NCBI GenBank assembly: GCA_028534125.1
Contig: CM052830.1
Location: 20,770,001 to 20,834,000, forward strand
Direction: 5' to 3'
DNA length: 64,000 bases
Origin: Lama glama
Taxonomy: Eukaryota
Shown here: positions 34,120 through 45,200 of the stretch, piece by piece
Layout of the letters: each line of letters begins with the position of its first letter
Numbering within the stretch: position 1 is the first letter of the stretch
The notes under the pieces: model-generated
Database searches by the model: none
Seen by the model: only the letters and a program-made list of their open reading frames with translations
Told to the model about the DNA's origin: nothing
Position numbers and translations under genes: made by a program

Positions 34120-34749
34120 GAAATATAAACATTCGAGAACATGTAAGATAGAAAATAACCACAACATATACAGACACTTGCTGCAAGAGGACGTCTGAGG
34201 TATTTATCCACTGCCTAGGCTACCCATGTGCTATCACATTTTTCCTGGTTAGAATACAAGTAAGATGGGGAGAGGGAGGGGACAGAGCAGCCCTGGCCAA
34301 CAGCTGCCATGTGGCCTCAGGGCTGCACCATCAGGGAAAGCTTCTCTTGGCCCAGGGCCCCATTCTGGGGGCGCCTGCAGGCGCTCCCACCCTTGGGCTT
34401 TCAGGCTGAGACCCTGCTGTTGGCCCTGAAGGCTCTGAGGGCTCCCTGGGAGGGTAAAGCTGGGCTATCTGCTTGGGGAAAGGAAGAGGACCCAATGACC
34501 AGGAAGAAACAGTGCGCCGTCCTTGCGTCCTCTGGGTGGTTAAAGTCCATCCTTCATGACCAAACCCCTGAGAAAGACACACTGGTCAAATGTCTGCGAT
34601 GCCTTCAGGTGGGCCCAGTGCCAGCCGACTGGGCTCCTCCCTGGCACAGACCCCAGACACCCTTCTCTGCCCAAGCCCTGCACTGGCCTGGTGGGTAAGG
34701 TGGGAAGGCTTCCGAGGCCAGGAGAGGGGCAGCCCCCACTGGATGGGGC

Positions 34750-34783
34750 TGTGTGTGTGTGTGCGCGCGCGTGTGCGCATGTG
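34750..34783. repeat. (TG)n(CG)n alternating purine-pyrimidine microsatellite
   Basis: tgtgtgtgtgtgtgcgcgcgcgtgtgcgcatgtg. Confidence 0.9.
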
Positions 34784-36474
34784 GGGTGTGGGGGAGGGGA
34801 GAGAGAAGATGCAGTCCAGCAAAGCTGCAGTTCACTGGGCTGAGGTAACTGTTTTGTGCTCAATCTTTTGATTTCCCTTTCCTTTCCTTTCCTAGACAGG
34901 GATGAATGTCAGCCACAAGTGGGCTTGTGCCACTGTGGGCTGCCACCGCCGCAGCCCACCAGCCTCACGGTGGGTGCGGGGTTCTGAGCACTGCAGGGCT
35001 GCCTTGACTGAGAGGCGAGCCCTGTGTGAGAACCCCTCTTCTTCACAACACAGGGGCAGCCTGCTCCACCCCAGGGTCCAAGATGAGAAACACAGCTCTC
35101 TCAGCATCTCCTCACCTTCTGGGGCAGCTCGAGCTCTGACGAGCCCGCACCTGTCCTGAGGAGGGAATGCTGAGTGAGAGGGAGATGCCCTGGCCCCACT
35201 CTGCTGAGCTGGGCGTAGGGATGTGGGACTGCCCCACTTCTGGCCAGAAATGGGTCAAGGGCCATCTTGAGAACCAGTGTGGTTTCAGGACCCAGCCTGT
35301 GCGAGAGCCAGCCTCTCCGTTCCACCTCATCCTGCCACTGCAATCCCTGAGTCATCTCTCCTGCGGCCTCCCCCGCCTCCTCGCTGGGGTCATAGGGAAG
35401 GGCCGGAGGGGCTGGGGTACCAAATCATTTGCTCGGCTTTGGGGGTGATCGGCTTTCGTTTCTTTGGTGCTACAATAACAACAATAAAAATTTTAAAGTA
35501 AAAAAAAACAAAAGTCAGAAAACACATATAAAAAAGATTTCAGAGATGCAAATACTTCCTGAAGAATCAAACATCAACAATTACAAATCTGAGGTATTTC
35601 AATGAACCTGACATTGGCAGGTTTGGGGATGTTGGGGCTGAGATGGCCCCATGAGAAGGGGGGCCCAAGGGACAAGTGGGCTGTTCCTGGGAGAGCTGGC
35701 AAACCCGGCTGAGTGGGGCTTGAGGTCTGGGAGGGTCAGAAAAGGGTCAGTGAAGAGGGTGCCAGGGCCTGACCGGGCAGCCCCTGCAGCTCTGCCTCTC
35801 CCTTGGCAATGTCCAGCAGGCCCTGGGTCCTGAGGACTGCCCTCACGAGCCCTTTCCTGGGACCATTAAAAGGGGGATATGAGGCCCTGAGGACTGCTCC
35901 AAGACGAATCAGAGGGACTTACACCCCAGGAACCACTCATGGTAGGCAAAGTGGGCTGGGAGTGGGAGGACCCCATCCCATGCTCAGCAGATTAGAACCA
36001 GGAAGGCATGCTCTTGGCTCCTAGCAGCCCCACATGGGAGTTAAAGACTGGGGGACTGAGCAGGGGAAGAGACCAGTGACCCTGAGGTCATGGCCAAAGG
36101 CAGGGGAAGGAAAATAAATTAAAGGGGAAAGGATGTGGAGGGCCTCCAGCCCTGTGTCAGCTTACAGATTGTCGATACACTGTGCCCGGGATGGGAGGTG
36201 GCCTGGGAGCCCTAGAGGAAGCTGGATGCCCACAGACCCCGCCCAGTTCTCCAGGACAATCCCTGATTGAACAACGCTGCCCTGTTCAGGCCCCTCCAGC
36301 CTCCCCCTGTCCCTAGAGTACAGCAGGACCTGAATGCAGCCTGGACAGACGGACACGTCCAAACTCTCAACATCTGGCCAAATGGGGTTTGACGTGGTCT
36401 CCGTGAGATGAGGTAAATGCTGTGCATCCCATCTCTCGGTGGGAGAGTGGGGAGTGAGAAGCTGGGTCCTGCCC

Positions 36475-36638
36475 TCAGAGGGACCAGCTGGTGGAGGGCT
36501 CTGCACTGGGGGTGCCCCGGGATGAGGTAGGACTTGGCGAGCAGTGAGAACTGCCGCTGCTGCTGGTGCTGCTGCTGATGCTCTGGGGAGCAGATGCTGT
36601 GATGAGGTGGACCACAGGCTTCTGGGCAAACAGCACAC
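36475..36638 (-). CDS. ARID3B: ARID3B last coding exon (exon 9)
   Basis: ccccAG|GT acceptor; GVLFAQKPVVHLITASAPQSISSSTSSSGSSHCSPSPTSSRGTPSAEPSTSWSL then TGA. Confidence 0.96.
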
Positions 36639-38668
36639 CTGGGGGCGGAGGAGGGGAGAAGCCAGTGTGAGCAGATGGGGAGAGAAGGGGTGGGCTCAGC
36701 TCACTGCACTGTATTTACCGCTGCCTAACTCTGTGCAAGGCTCCATGCTGGACGCCGCCCTGCCTGACAGGCTGGTGTGGGGGACAGAGTTATTTTGCTG
36801 AAATGTCACAAAGGCTCTAAGTGGAGTGTACCCAGGCAGTTGTGGGAACAAAAAGGTTTTAGAGGGCAGGGAAAGTGGGTCGGGAAAGGCTCCAGGGGGA
36901 GCATGCCCAGACTTCTACAAAAAGTGGCCAAATTTAGAGGAGGAGGTGGTACGGCAGGCAGAGGGAACCTGAGGGACCACAGACAGAGCAGAGAGAGGTG
37001 GCAGGCATGCTGGAGCCTGACGCAGAGTGACCTACTGATGCTGGAGGCCAGGTCTGCGGCCCGTGAGGCCGAAGAGCTTGAGGGTGAGGTGACCGAGGCC
37101 AGCATGCCTCTAGGCAGCTGAGGTCTTACCCTGTAGGGATCATAAAGCCCCTGAAAGTTTTAAGAAGGGGAGGACCACCCTGCAACATGTGAACACTCTC
37201 TGTGGGGCTGGAAGGAGAGAGGCTGAATCGGGGCCGCGGCGGGGGTGCAGGGGAGGAGACAGTGGCGCAGGGGCATCTGCTCAGCTCTTGGGGGCGACAG
37301 GCCTGGGGGGCTGGCTCTCAGGAACGACTTCCAGGGCCCTGGCCTGGTGACCACACAGCTGCTGAGAAAGGGCACTGGTGGGACAGGACGGAGGCAGGTG
37401 AGGTGGGGGGAGCCTGCACTCTTCAGACTGCTCCCCATGCCGAGGGAGAAGGGCGAGAGGAGATGGAGATCCAGGCACTGATCACCCCCTTCTCTGCTTT
37501 CCCCACAGACCCACTCCCAGCCCCCACATCTCCAAGACCACCAGGGCACCACCAGAAGGCAAAGGACACCTGGGCCGTACCCACTGGCTCGCCCTGTCTC
37601 TGCCAGGGTCCGTGTTAGGCAGAGACCACTGAATGTGGCCTCGGAAGCACCAACTCTGTTGTGACTGGCAGGCACCTGGGCATCCCTGCTTCTCTGCGGG
37701 GTGCTTCCAGGAACTCGGTCCCTTCCCTAGCCCCAACCCTGATGGCCCCTGCAGGTGGCCTGGAGATCCAGAGCACGAGGGCAGCAAGGTGGTGTCACCA
37801 GGACACCGGCCCCCAGAATAGGAGCGCCGGGAGAGAAAACGCATGCCCCATGGAAATGCCCCTGTTGTTGATGGAAGGTGCAGCTCTAAGCCCTCCCCAC
37901 TGGGCACCTCCCCATCCCCTCTGTAGGACAGGTGGCCGGTGCCAGGCTCTGTGGCCCCCACTTATCAAGCTGCACTGAACATGAGTCAGCTGGGTTCCTA
38001 AACTCACCCCTAAGCCAACAGAATGGGAGTGGGAAAAGGATTGCTGTTTCTATGAAAACTAAGGTGAACACCTTGGAGAGACTTGGTGGAGGTGCTAAAC
38101 GAACCAACGAACCAACTAACAAGCAGCTGTTTTTTAGATCAGATTTAGGGAAAGATAACTGTAAAAGCCTGGGGGGAAAAGTCATAAAAACACAGGCTGC
38201 TTCTGCTGCACTCAGACTCCTTTGCCTGTGTCTCCGTCCTTGGTTCATGACAGACAAGGTGTAGGAAGAGAAGAGCTGAACCCTAGTCAAAGAAAGGAGA
38301 CTCGTGGATTAGAAATTAGCGGTGCTGACTTCATGTGTGATACCATGTGAAGGCATGGATAAAGCTGATGGTGATTCTTCACATTAAACGACTTTTTCAA
38401 TTAATGATCCAACTGATGGTTAAAAGGATTAGACGAAGGGTCTGTATCAATCACTCTGACAAAGGTGGAGGGGGATCTGTCACCCTGTTAGCAATCTTCA
38501 GCCTCTCCTCGTTCAGAGGAACTGCTTTAGAACCTTGAGACTACATACAAAGGAAGTCGTGCCTGGGAAGGTGTTCAGATGGGGGGGGTGGACAAGGGGG
38601 CCCTGCGAGGTGCTGCACTGAGGCTGGCTGCCATGGTGCCACCTCCCTCAGCACATTGAGAGCCTCAC

Positions 38669-38770
38669 CTGCATAGGTGGTGCCGTCGATGTCCACAGAC
38701 ATGTTGATGCTCCCGATGCTGCCTGTGGTCAGGTTCAGTGCTGCGGCCGAGGCCTCTGCTCTGTCTTCTG
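38669..38770 (-). CDS. ARID3B: ARID3B exon 8 (REKLES-beta; NAGNAG acceptor, alternative start 38767)
   Basis: ttgtcccCAG CAG acceptor, CAG|GTGAGG donor; (A)EDRAEASAAALNLTTGSIGSINMSVDIDGTTYA. Confidence 0.96.
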
Positions 38771-40165
38771 CTGGGGACAAGGGAGACAGCAGGCCCCGTC
38801 AAGCCTTCCAGGACTTCTGCTGTCCTCTCTGAGGCTCTCCCACCCTCCTGGCCTGGCCACAGCAGACTGAGGCCTCCCAGCATTAGAAGGTATCTGTATA
38901 ACCTTCTCTTGAGTTAAGTCTTGAAGGAGAACCAGGCCAGCCAACGTCCTACTGCTTGCTTTCTCCACTGAACGACTTCACTTTGCCAACTCCCTCTACT
39001 CTTGGAGAAAAGGGATCACACAGGCAAGGAGGCTGACCTCGGCTGCTGGCTGTGCACGGATGCTTTCAACACGATTCAGCAAACCCTGCGCACCCACTAT
39101 CCATCAGACTGGTGGTGGTGGATGAGAGGGGGACTGGAGATCAGTAAGACCCAGTCCCTGACTCTGAGGACTCACCTTGCCTCCTCTTCCCCTTAACTGG
39201 GCTGGGAGGTCCTCAAGGAGAAGGGCACTCCATCACAACCGGAGCACCTGGGATTCACAGAAGGCTGCAGGCGCTGGCTCACAGGGCCTCTGCCTGGCTC
39301 ACCCTAGACCTTTTAATTATCCTTTCTCACACTGAGAGCCAAGAATTCTTCCAGATTGGCTGCCTCATCTATTAGCCTCTGGCTTGTGCAGGACCAGGGG
39401 CACCTGGCCTGAATGGGTGACAGGGCAGAGCCCTACTGTCCAGGCCGTTACCTCTGGCTCCCTTCGGCTCCTCGCCCAGGGGAACAGGGAACAGGGAGGA
39501 GCTGCCTGGGAGTACACACGGCTCCTTTCACACCTGATTCTTCCCAACACGGCCTGCTCATGTTTGTTCTCAGGCAGAGTCAAGGGCGAGAATGGCAAAG
39601 AAAATGTGTGTGAGGGGGAAAGGGGAGAAAGGGGAACAAGGGACCCAGAGTGTGTGGTTTAGGGGCCAAGAAGGTGGGGCACCTGAAAAATGAGGAGGGG
39701 AAAGGAAAGATGTCAGTTATGCTGCCAAACTTGTATTTCCTCCTTCTCGCTCTTCTGAGGGTCAATGGTAGCCCGGCCCGAGGCGGCTCTGGCCCCTCAT
39801 TGAGCCTCGAGAAAGGAGGCGATGCCTTCCTCCCAGATGGTGAGCTCCTGGGTTGAAGGGCGACCCCTTTAATTGAGACGGATCAAAAGGCGGGAGGGAC
39901 AGGGAAGACACAGCAGCTGTCCCTGGAGGTCCCTGGCTCCTCCTCCTTGAACAACTGCCTTTCCTTTCTGCTAGAGAACAGGGCACCACCTGAGGCCATC
40001 TCTGGTCCCCTGGAAAATGGCCCTGGCTTGGTGAACTGAGATCTCTGTGGTTACTGAAGCCCCAGGTGGCTCTCTGACCTCTACACCCTTCTAGGGACCT
40101 GGATGCCCCCGGGATGTGAACAGGCCCTCGAACAGAGCTGGGGGCCGCACGGGGCTGGCGCTCAC

Positions 40166-40420
40166 CCCTGCCGTTGATCCTGATCTTCATGGGCAGCTGG
40201 CGCGCCATGCTGAGGAGGTTGCGCTGGAAGGCCTGCTGCACCAGGCGCTGCTCCTCCTCCGACAGCCTGGACGCCTTCTTCTCAGGGGGCTCCCCTGACT
40301 CCAGCCGCTCCCGCAGATGCTCCAGTGTGGCCGTCCGGGTACCGGCCTGCTGGCCAGCCAAGGTAACGGGCACAGCCAGGCGATTTGGCACGGGCACGGT
40401 TGTCACTGGGACTCCATCAC
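40166..40420 (-). CDS. ARID3B: ARID3B exon 7 (REKLES-alpha, here RERLES)
   Basis: ttgtcAG|GT acceptor, AGGG|GTGAGC donor; DGVPVTTVPVPNRLAVP...LEHLRERLESGEPPEKKASRLSEEEQRLVQQAFQRNLLSMARQLPMKIRINGR. Confidence 0.96.
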
Positions 40421-40537
40421 CTGACAAAGGCACCAGGGCTGGACCCAACCATAATCCATCCTCCCACTTGTGTCTTCGACCCGGGGAACTTGGCGCCCTT
40501 CCTCCCTGCCCTCCCTCCTCCCAAGGGCCCTGCAGAC

Positions 40538-40815
40538 CTTTCCTGAGAGTGGCTGCTGGGGATATCCGAGGGCCACTGGCATTGGTGCCACTGCCGGAGC
40601 CCAGCCCGAGGATGGGGAAGCGGATCTTGGGTGGAGAGAGGAGAGCAGGGGCCCCGGCAGCAGCAGAGGTAGCCGCGGGCGAGTAGCCAAAGAGGGAGGA
40701 GCTGTAGCTGGGCCGCCGGCCCTCCCTCCGGTTGCCGTCGATGGCTGCCTGGAGCTCAGCCGGGGAGCTCAAGGCCTTCTTCTCGCACTCGTAGGCATAG
40801 AGATACTTCATGTAC
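40538..40815 (-). CDS. ARID3B: ARID3B exon 6 (end of extended ARID domain)
   Basis: ttcAG|G acceptor, AAAG|GTCTGC donor; YMKYLYAYECEKKALSSPAELQAAIDGNRREGRRPSY...ISPAATLRK. Confidence 0.96.
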
Positions 40816-41669
40816 CTGAAGGGAAGGGAGGAAGGAGCTAAGGAGAGCCATCTAAATCACGGCACCAGGACGGCCCAGCTTAAGTCAGCAGGTCTCTGGA
40901 GGCGGCCTGTGCGGGGCAGGCTCTGTCCCGGCGGATCACAGCCTGGTGCACTTGGCCAGAGAGGGAACTCTGCGTGGCTGGACACCTCGCCAGGCCCTCT
41001 GACCGTGGCCCAGTTCTAAACACGGCTCAGACTGGAGGCATCGTTCATGAAGAGAAATAAACACCTTCGCTAATGTTTCATGTTTGCACGGCGCTTCCAG
41101 GGCCCTGCGAGAAAGGAGGCCCGTTTTGCAGTGTCTTTCTGGCTCCTCGATCTCCCAATGGTTCTGAGTCAGGCTGTCTCACAGGAGCACTTCTCCCCAC
41201 TCTGTGCACTTCGGAGAGCTGGTCCTCTTTGTGTCAGATGCCCCACGAAGCAATTCTCGACCCAAGAACCTTGGGAGAAGAACTATTATGCTGGCTGTCC
41301 CTCTGTCTCCAGTTTCTGCTCCAACAGATAAAACCCTCTACTTTTCAACAAGCCTGAACCTGCCACCTAACCCACAGGGAGCTGCTCCTGCCACACTCTT
41401 CACAGAGTGATGCCCAGAGTTCCGAAAGAACATCTTCCCCTCTGTCTTCATCCTCCAATGTCACTCTTGCTCTCACTGCTTCTCTCACCCTGGTAATTAA
41501 CTCAAATGGTTACAAGAATAGGTTACCAGTCCCAGAGGGGCCTGACTGCCTGCCTTCCTCCGGGTCCATGGTTGCTGGGCAAGCTGAGTGGTGGGTGGGA
41601 AGGGCCAGGCTTAGGGTGGGGGTACTGTGTGGGAGACGATGTCCTGGAAAGAGAGTGGATTTCAGAGAC

Positions 41670-41850
41670 AGAAGCCCAAGTGTGGATCTCGGCTCGACCA
41701 CTTACTAGTTGGCATGGCTTTGACCAGACGATTTAACGTCTGAGACTTCGTTTTTGTTATCTGAAAAGCAAGGATAACACCTACTTTATGGAGTTGATGG
41801 TGAGGTTTGAATGAAACAGGATGTGAAGCAGCAGCACATAGGAGATGCTC
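41670..41850. mobile_element. MIR SINE fragment
   Basis: ggctcgaccacttactagttggcatggctttgaccagacgatttaacgtctgagacttcgtttttgttatctgaaaagcaaggataacacctac. Confidence 0.6.
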
Positions 41851-42038
41851 AGGAAAGGGCAGCTCTCAGGATTATTTAGGTCCAGTGAGGGATTCGTCTG
41901 AGAAAGCTCCTGGCTCTTTCGGGAATTCCGCCCATCTTGCTCACTGTACAGTGGAATTTCCTTCCTTCCTCTCCTCTAGGTTAAAACATCCCCTTTCTCC
42001 AGCCTCGGCTTCCTTTCCCCAGGGCCCTAGCCACTCAC

Positions 42039-42222
42039 TGGGTCCTCAGGGTGAAGGCGGCGCTGGTGATGGACGTGGGCAGGTTCAGGCCTTTGGTGAT
42101 CTCCCTCCATATCTTTTTGTTGATGATCTCTACGAGGCCCCCCTTCTCTGTCACCAACTTATACAGCATATACAGGTCCAGAATCTGCTTGGCCATGATG
42201 GGGATTCGGTTGATGGGGGTCC
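42039..42222 (-). CDS. ARID3B: ARID3B exon 5 (ARID core)
   Basis: tcacAG|GG acceptor, CCA|GTGAGT donor; GTPINRIPIMAKQILDLYMLYKLVTEKGGLVEIINKKIWREITKGLNLPTSITSAAFTLRTQ. Confidence 0.98.
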
Positions 42223-45200
42223 CTGTGATTGTGAAGAGAGAGAAACAGAGGGTTGTGTCATCATCAAGCAGAGAAAAAAAGACATCTGTGGATGCCCACC
42301 TTTGCTGAGCGCGAAATATGTTCATATATCTGCTTAGCAGTATAATTTGACTCGAAATCCCAAAGCCTGGGACCTATCAGACTACTTGCCAGTTTTCTTT
42401 GGGATGAACAGAAAAGACAGGTCCAATCACAGGCTGTGTGGCCTTGGGTAAAACATATAGCCTCTCTGGGTCTTTTTCCCATCTGTAAATAAGAGGGCCA
42501 GACTAGATTACTTTAGAGATTATGATTATTACAATTGTTTTGCTGGCAGTACGATTCCAGATTCTTTCCTAATGATCTGGTGGCTGGCAGTCCACTGGAG
42601 CCTTTAGAAGCTATTCAGCTGCCTCCTCAGGGAAGTCCTTCCCTGACTCCCTAGACAAGGGAGGTCCTGCCCCATCATCCACCTGGATAGAACTCTGGGC
42701 TACTCTTTTGCAGCTCTCAGTGCAGTTTGTAACTGTCTTTTTATTTGCATACTGTCTGCTTTCTCCTTGTCTCTTCTCCTGCTGCAGGATGGAGAAATGG
42801 TTTTTTCTCTGCTGTGTCCCCGCTGTGTCAAAGGATCTGCTGGATACACAGGTCTCCCGGGGGATGAAAAGCCACTCAACAATTCTCTCCCCACTAATCA
42901 CTCCACCCCCTCCCTGGCCTCTGAAAGAGGGAGGGTCAGAGCCGCTTCCGCTCACTGGCCCCGAAGGGAAGTGAGAGGAGCCAGGGGCTTGATTAGGAAA
43001 CCTGGCACCGAGCAGGAAGGCCCACTAATGAGCACCAGGGGACGGCAGAGAGGGCGGGGCTGGGCTCCTTTCACAGGCGGCCGAGATGCTCGTCAGGAGG
43101 CGTGATGGATGACTGTCATTTGGCAGCCTCGGGATTAATGATCTGGAGGTCAGAGGGGAGAATTCCAGCGGGAAGGGTCACCGTCCGGGGCAGGGTATGA
43201 GACTTGTTGCCTTTTGATGGCAAGTCCTTTTACTGTACACAGGCTGCTCCTCCTCTGCCTTGCCCCCTGCCCCTGTCCCCTGCCCCAATCTCACTGAGGT
43301 CTCGCTGACTGCCTGGTGGACGCCGGGCCAGCTTGATTAGAGAACGGCTGTTTGTTTCAGGTCCTCCTGCTTCTTTCCCGTCAAGGAATGGCATTTTCTT
43401 CTCAGCCCTGGAATGCTGGCCACACCAACTCTTTTAGAGGATAATTCAAGCCAGAGTGCAGTGAAGGGTCCCCGTTTATGAGCCCTGAACACATGGCACT
43501 GCTGTGGTGGGGCCTCTTTTCTAAGCGTGGAGGGAGCGAGAGGTCTTGAAGACCTTTGTCTTAACTGGTTGGTCTTTGGAGGGTCAAGGATAGAGGGGCC
43601 GTAGAGTTAGACCGAAAGACTCATAGGCAAAATATCAGAGGACTTCTGGCGTGCTCCCAGACACAGAGCCTGCGTGCCGATTGATTTTCTCCCGGTGCGG
43701 TTCTGGACGGCAGACTACTCCTGTCAGAGATGAGTCTCATGGGGCAGAACTGGTCTCCTAGCTAAGGGCCACCTCCTTCTGGAGGCCTGTCCGCCCGAGC
43801 ACACTCATGGCCTTGGCGAGGTCACACCCTCATGGCATCACCTGGAGAGTCTGGGAGGACCACTCCCAAGGTCCCCTCACACAGGACCCTGAAGCTCTCA
43901 TTTCCTGAAGCTTCCAGGAGATCTTTGCACAGGTGACCTGTTCCCTCCCAGGTGAGATGTAGACACGAGCTCACCTCATGCCTTAGGCGAGCTCCCTCAT
44001 TCTATCACTTCCTCTTCTTCCCCCAACACCATCATTCTCTGAGGTCAGTACTGGCTCCTCCTCTCTCCTCTCTCCTCTACCTTTAGGCTGTCAGGAGGCT
44101 CACAGATTCCTCCTCTGAGGACTCTCAAAGCTATCCTTCTCTCCGGCCCGCAGCCACCACCCCGGGCCAGGCTCTCGCTGGCTTCCCGATCGATGCCTGC
44201 AGCAGCGTCACATCCATGCGCTCAACCCTCACGCCGCTGCCAGATAACCTGATGAAAACACTACTTCACCACATTACTCGCTTCCTTGTTTAAAGACCTG
44301 CAAAGGCTCAGCACTGGCCCATCCTACCGGGCACATTCAATCCCATGACTCGGGTTCCAGAACACTCCCTAGAAGGGCACGTGACGTGCTTCAAGCATGT
44401 GCCAAAAGCTCACCCTCACTCCAGTGAGCTGGGTCTTCCCACCCTCACCCCAACCAAGCTCCTTTCTCCACTTTCTGCTTCGTGCTCAAATCCTCTCTAC
44501 ACTGGCCTTCAATGGTCACTCCCTCATGGAGGATTTCCCAAGTACCTCAGTTCATGTGGATTCTTCTCTCTCAGAATTCCTACTATAACCCCACAAGTCC
44601 GGCAAATAATTACAACCTACTTGCTTCACGTGTGTTCACCTGGGATCCCGGGGAGACTGGAAGCGCCATGAAGGCAGGGACTGTTTTTCCTTCACCATGT
44701 CTTGAATATTGCAGTGTTTAATGAATTAAATTACCAAGCAGACTTTAAAAAACCCTGCTTCTCAGAGTTGCTTCAAAGCAACCAGCTCTGTGGTAACCCA
44801 ACTGGGAATATTAGACGCACTTTCCTCAGGCCTGCGGTGCGCCTACCGGGTCCACCGCTAGCTCTACGTGTCTAACGCTGACAGCCCCGAACTGAAGTCA
44901 CCCTCTTCTCTCAGGCCCTGGCAGGCTCATTAGGGTCACAGCCTTTGTTAAACAGACTGGGAGCTGAGGCCCAACATGGTCAAGCCCTTTGGGTCTGAGT
45001 GCTGTAAGTCCAACAAGAGGGCCAGCAGCACAAGAACGGATGGAGAGCTGGGGGTTTTGAGCAGGTAAAGAAGCCATGACTTCATTCAGTGTGGCCAAAG
45101 AGAAGGGGGAACAGGTGTCAGAGAGGGGAAGGTGGCTGAGCGTGTGACGTGCGCAGAGCAGGCCGGCTAAGTGACCACAAAGCAGGGCTGGCCCGGCTGA

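Larger units (their letters stand above)
34095..36474 (-). other. ARID3B: ARID3B 3' UTR with let-7 and miR-125 seed matches
   Basis: Lies between the stop codon and AATAAA. U-rich block at ~35470-35540 and multiple miRNA seed matches (see findings). Confidence 0.8.

Noticed and set aside
39762-40811. 349-aa ORF as a standalone gene
   Set aside because: It is ARID3B exons 6 and 7 joined by read-through of flanking introns.
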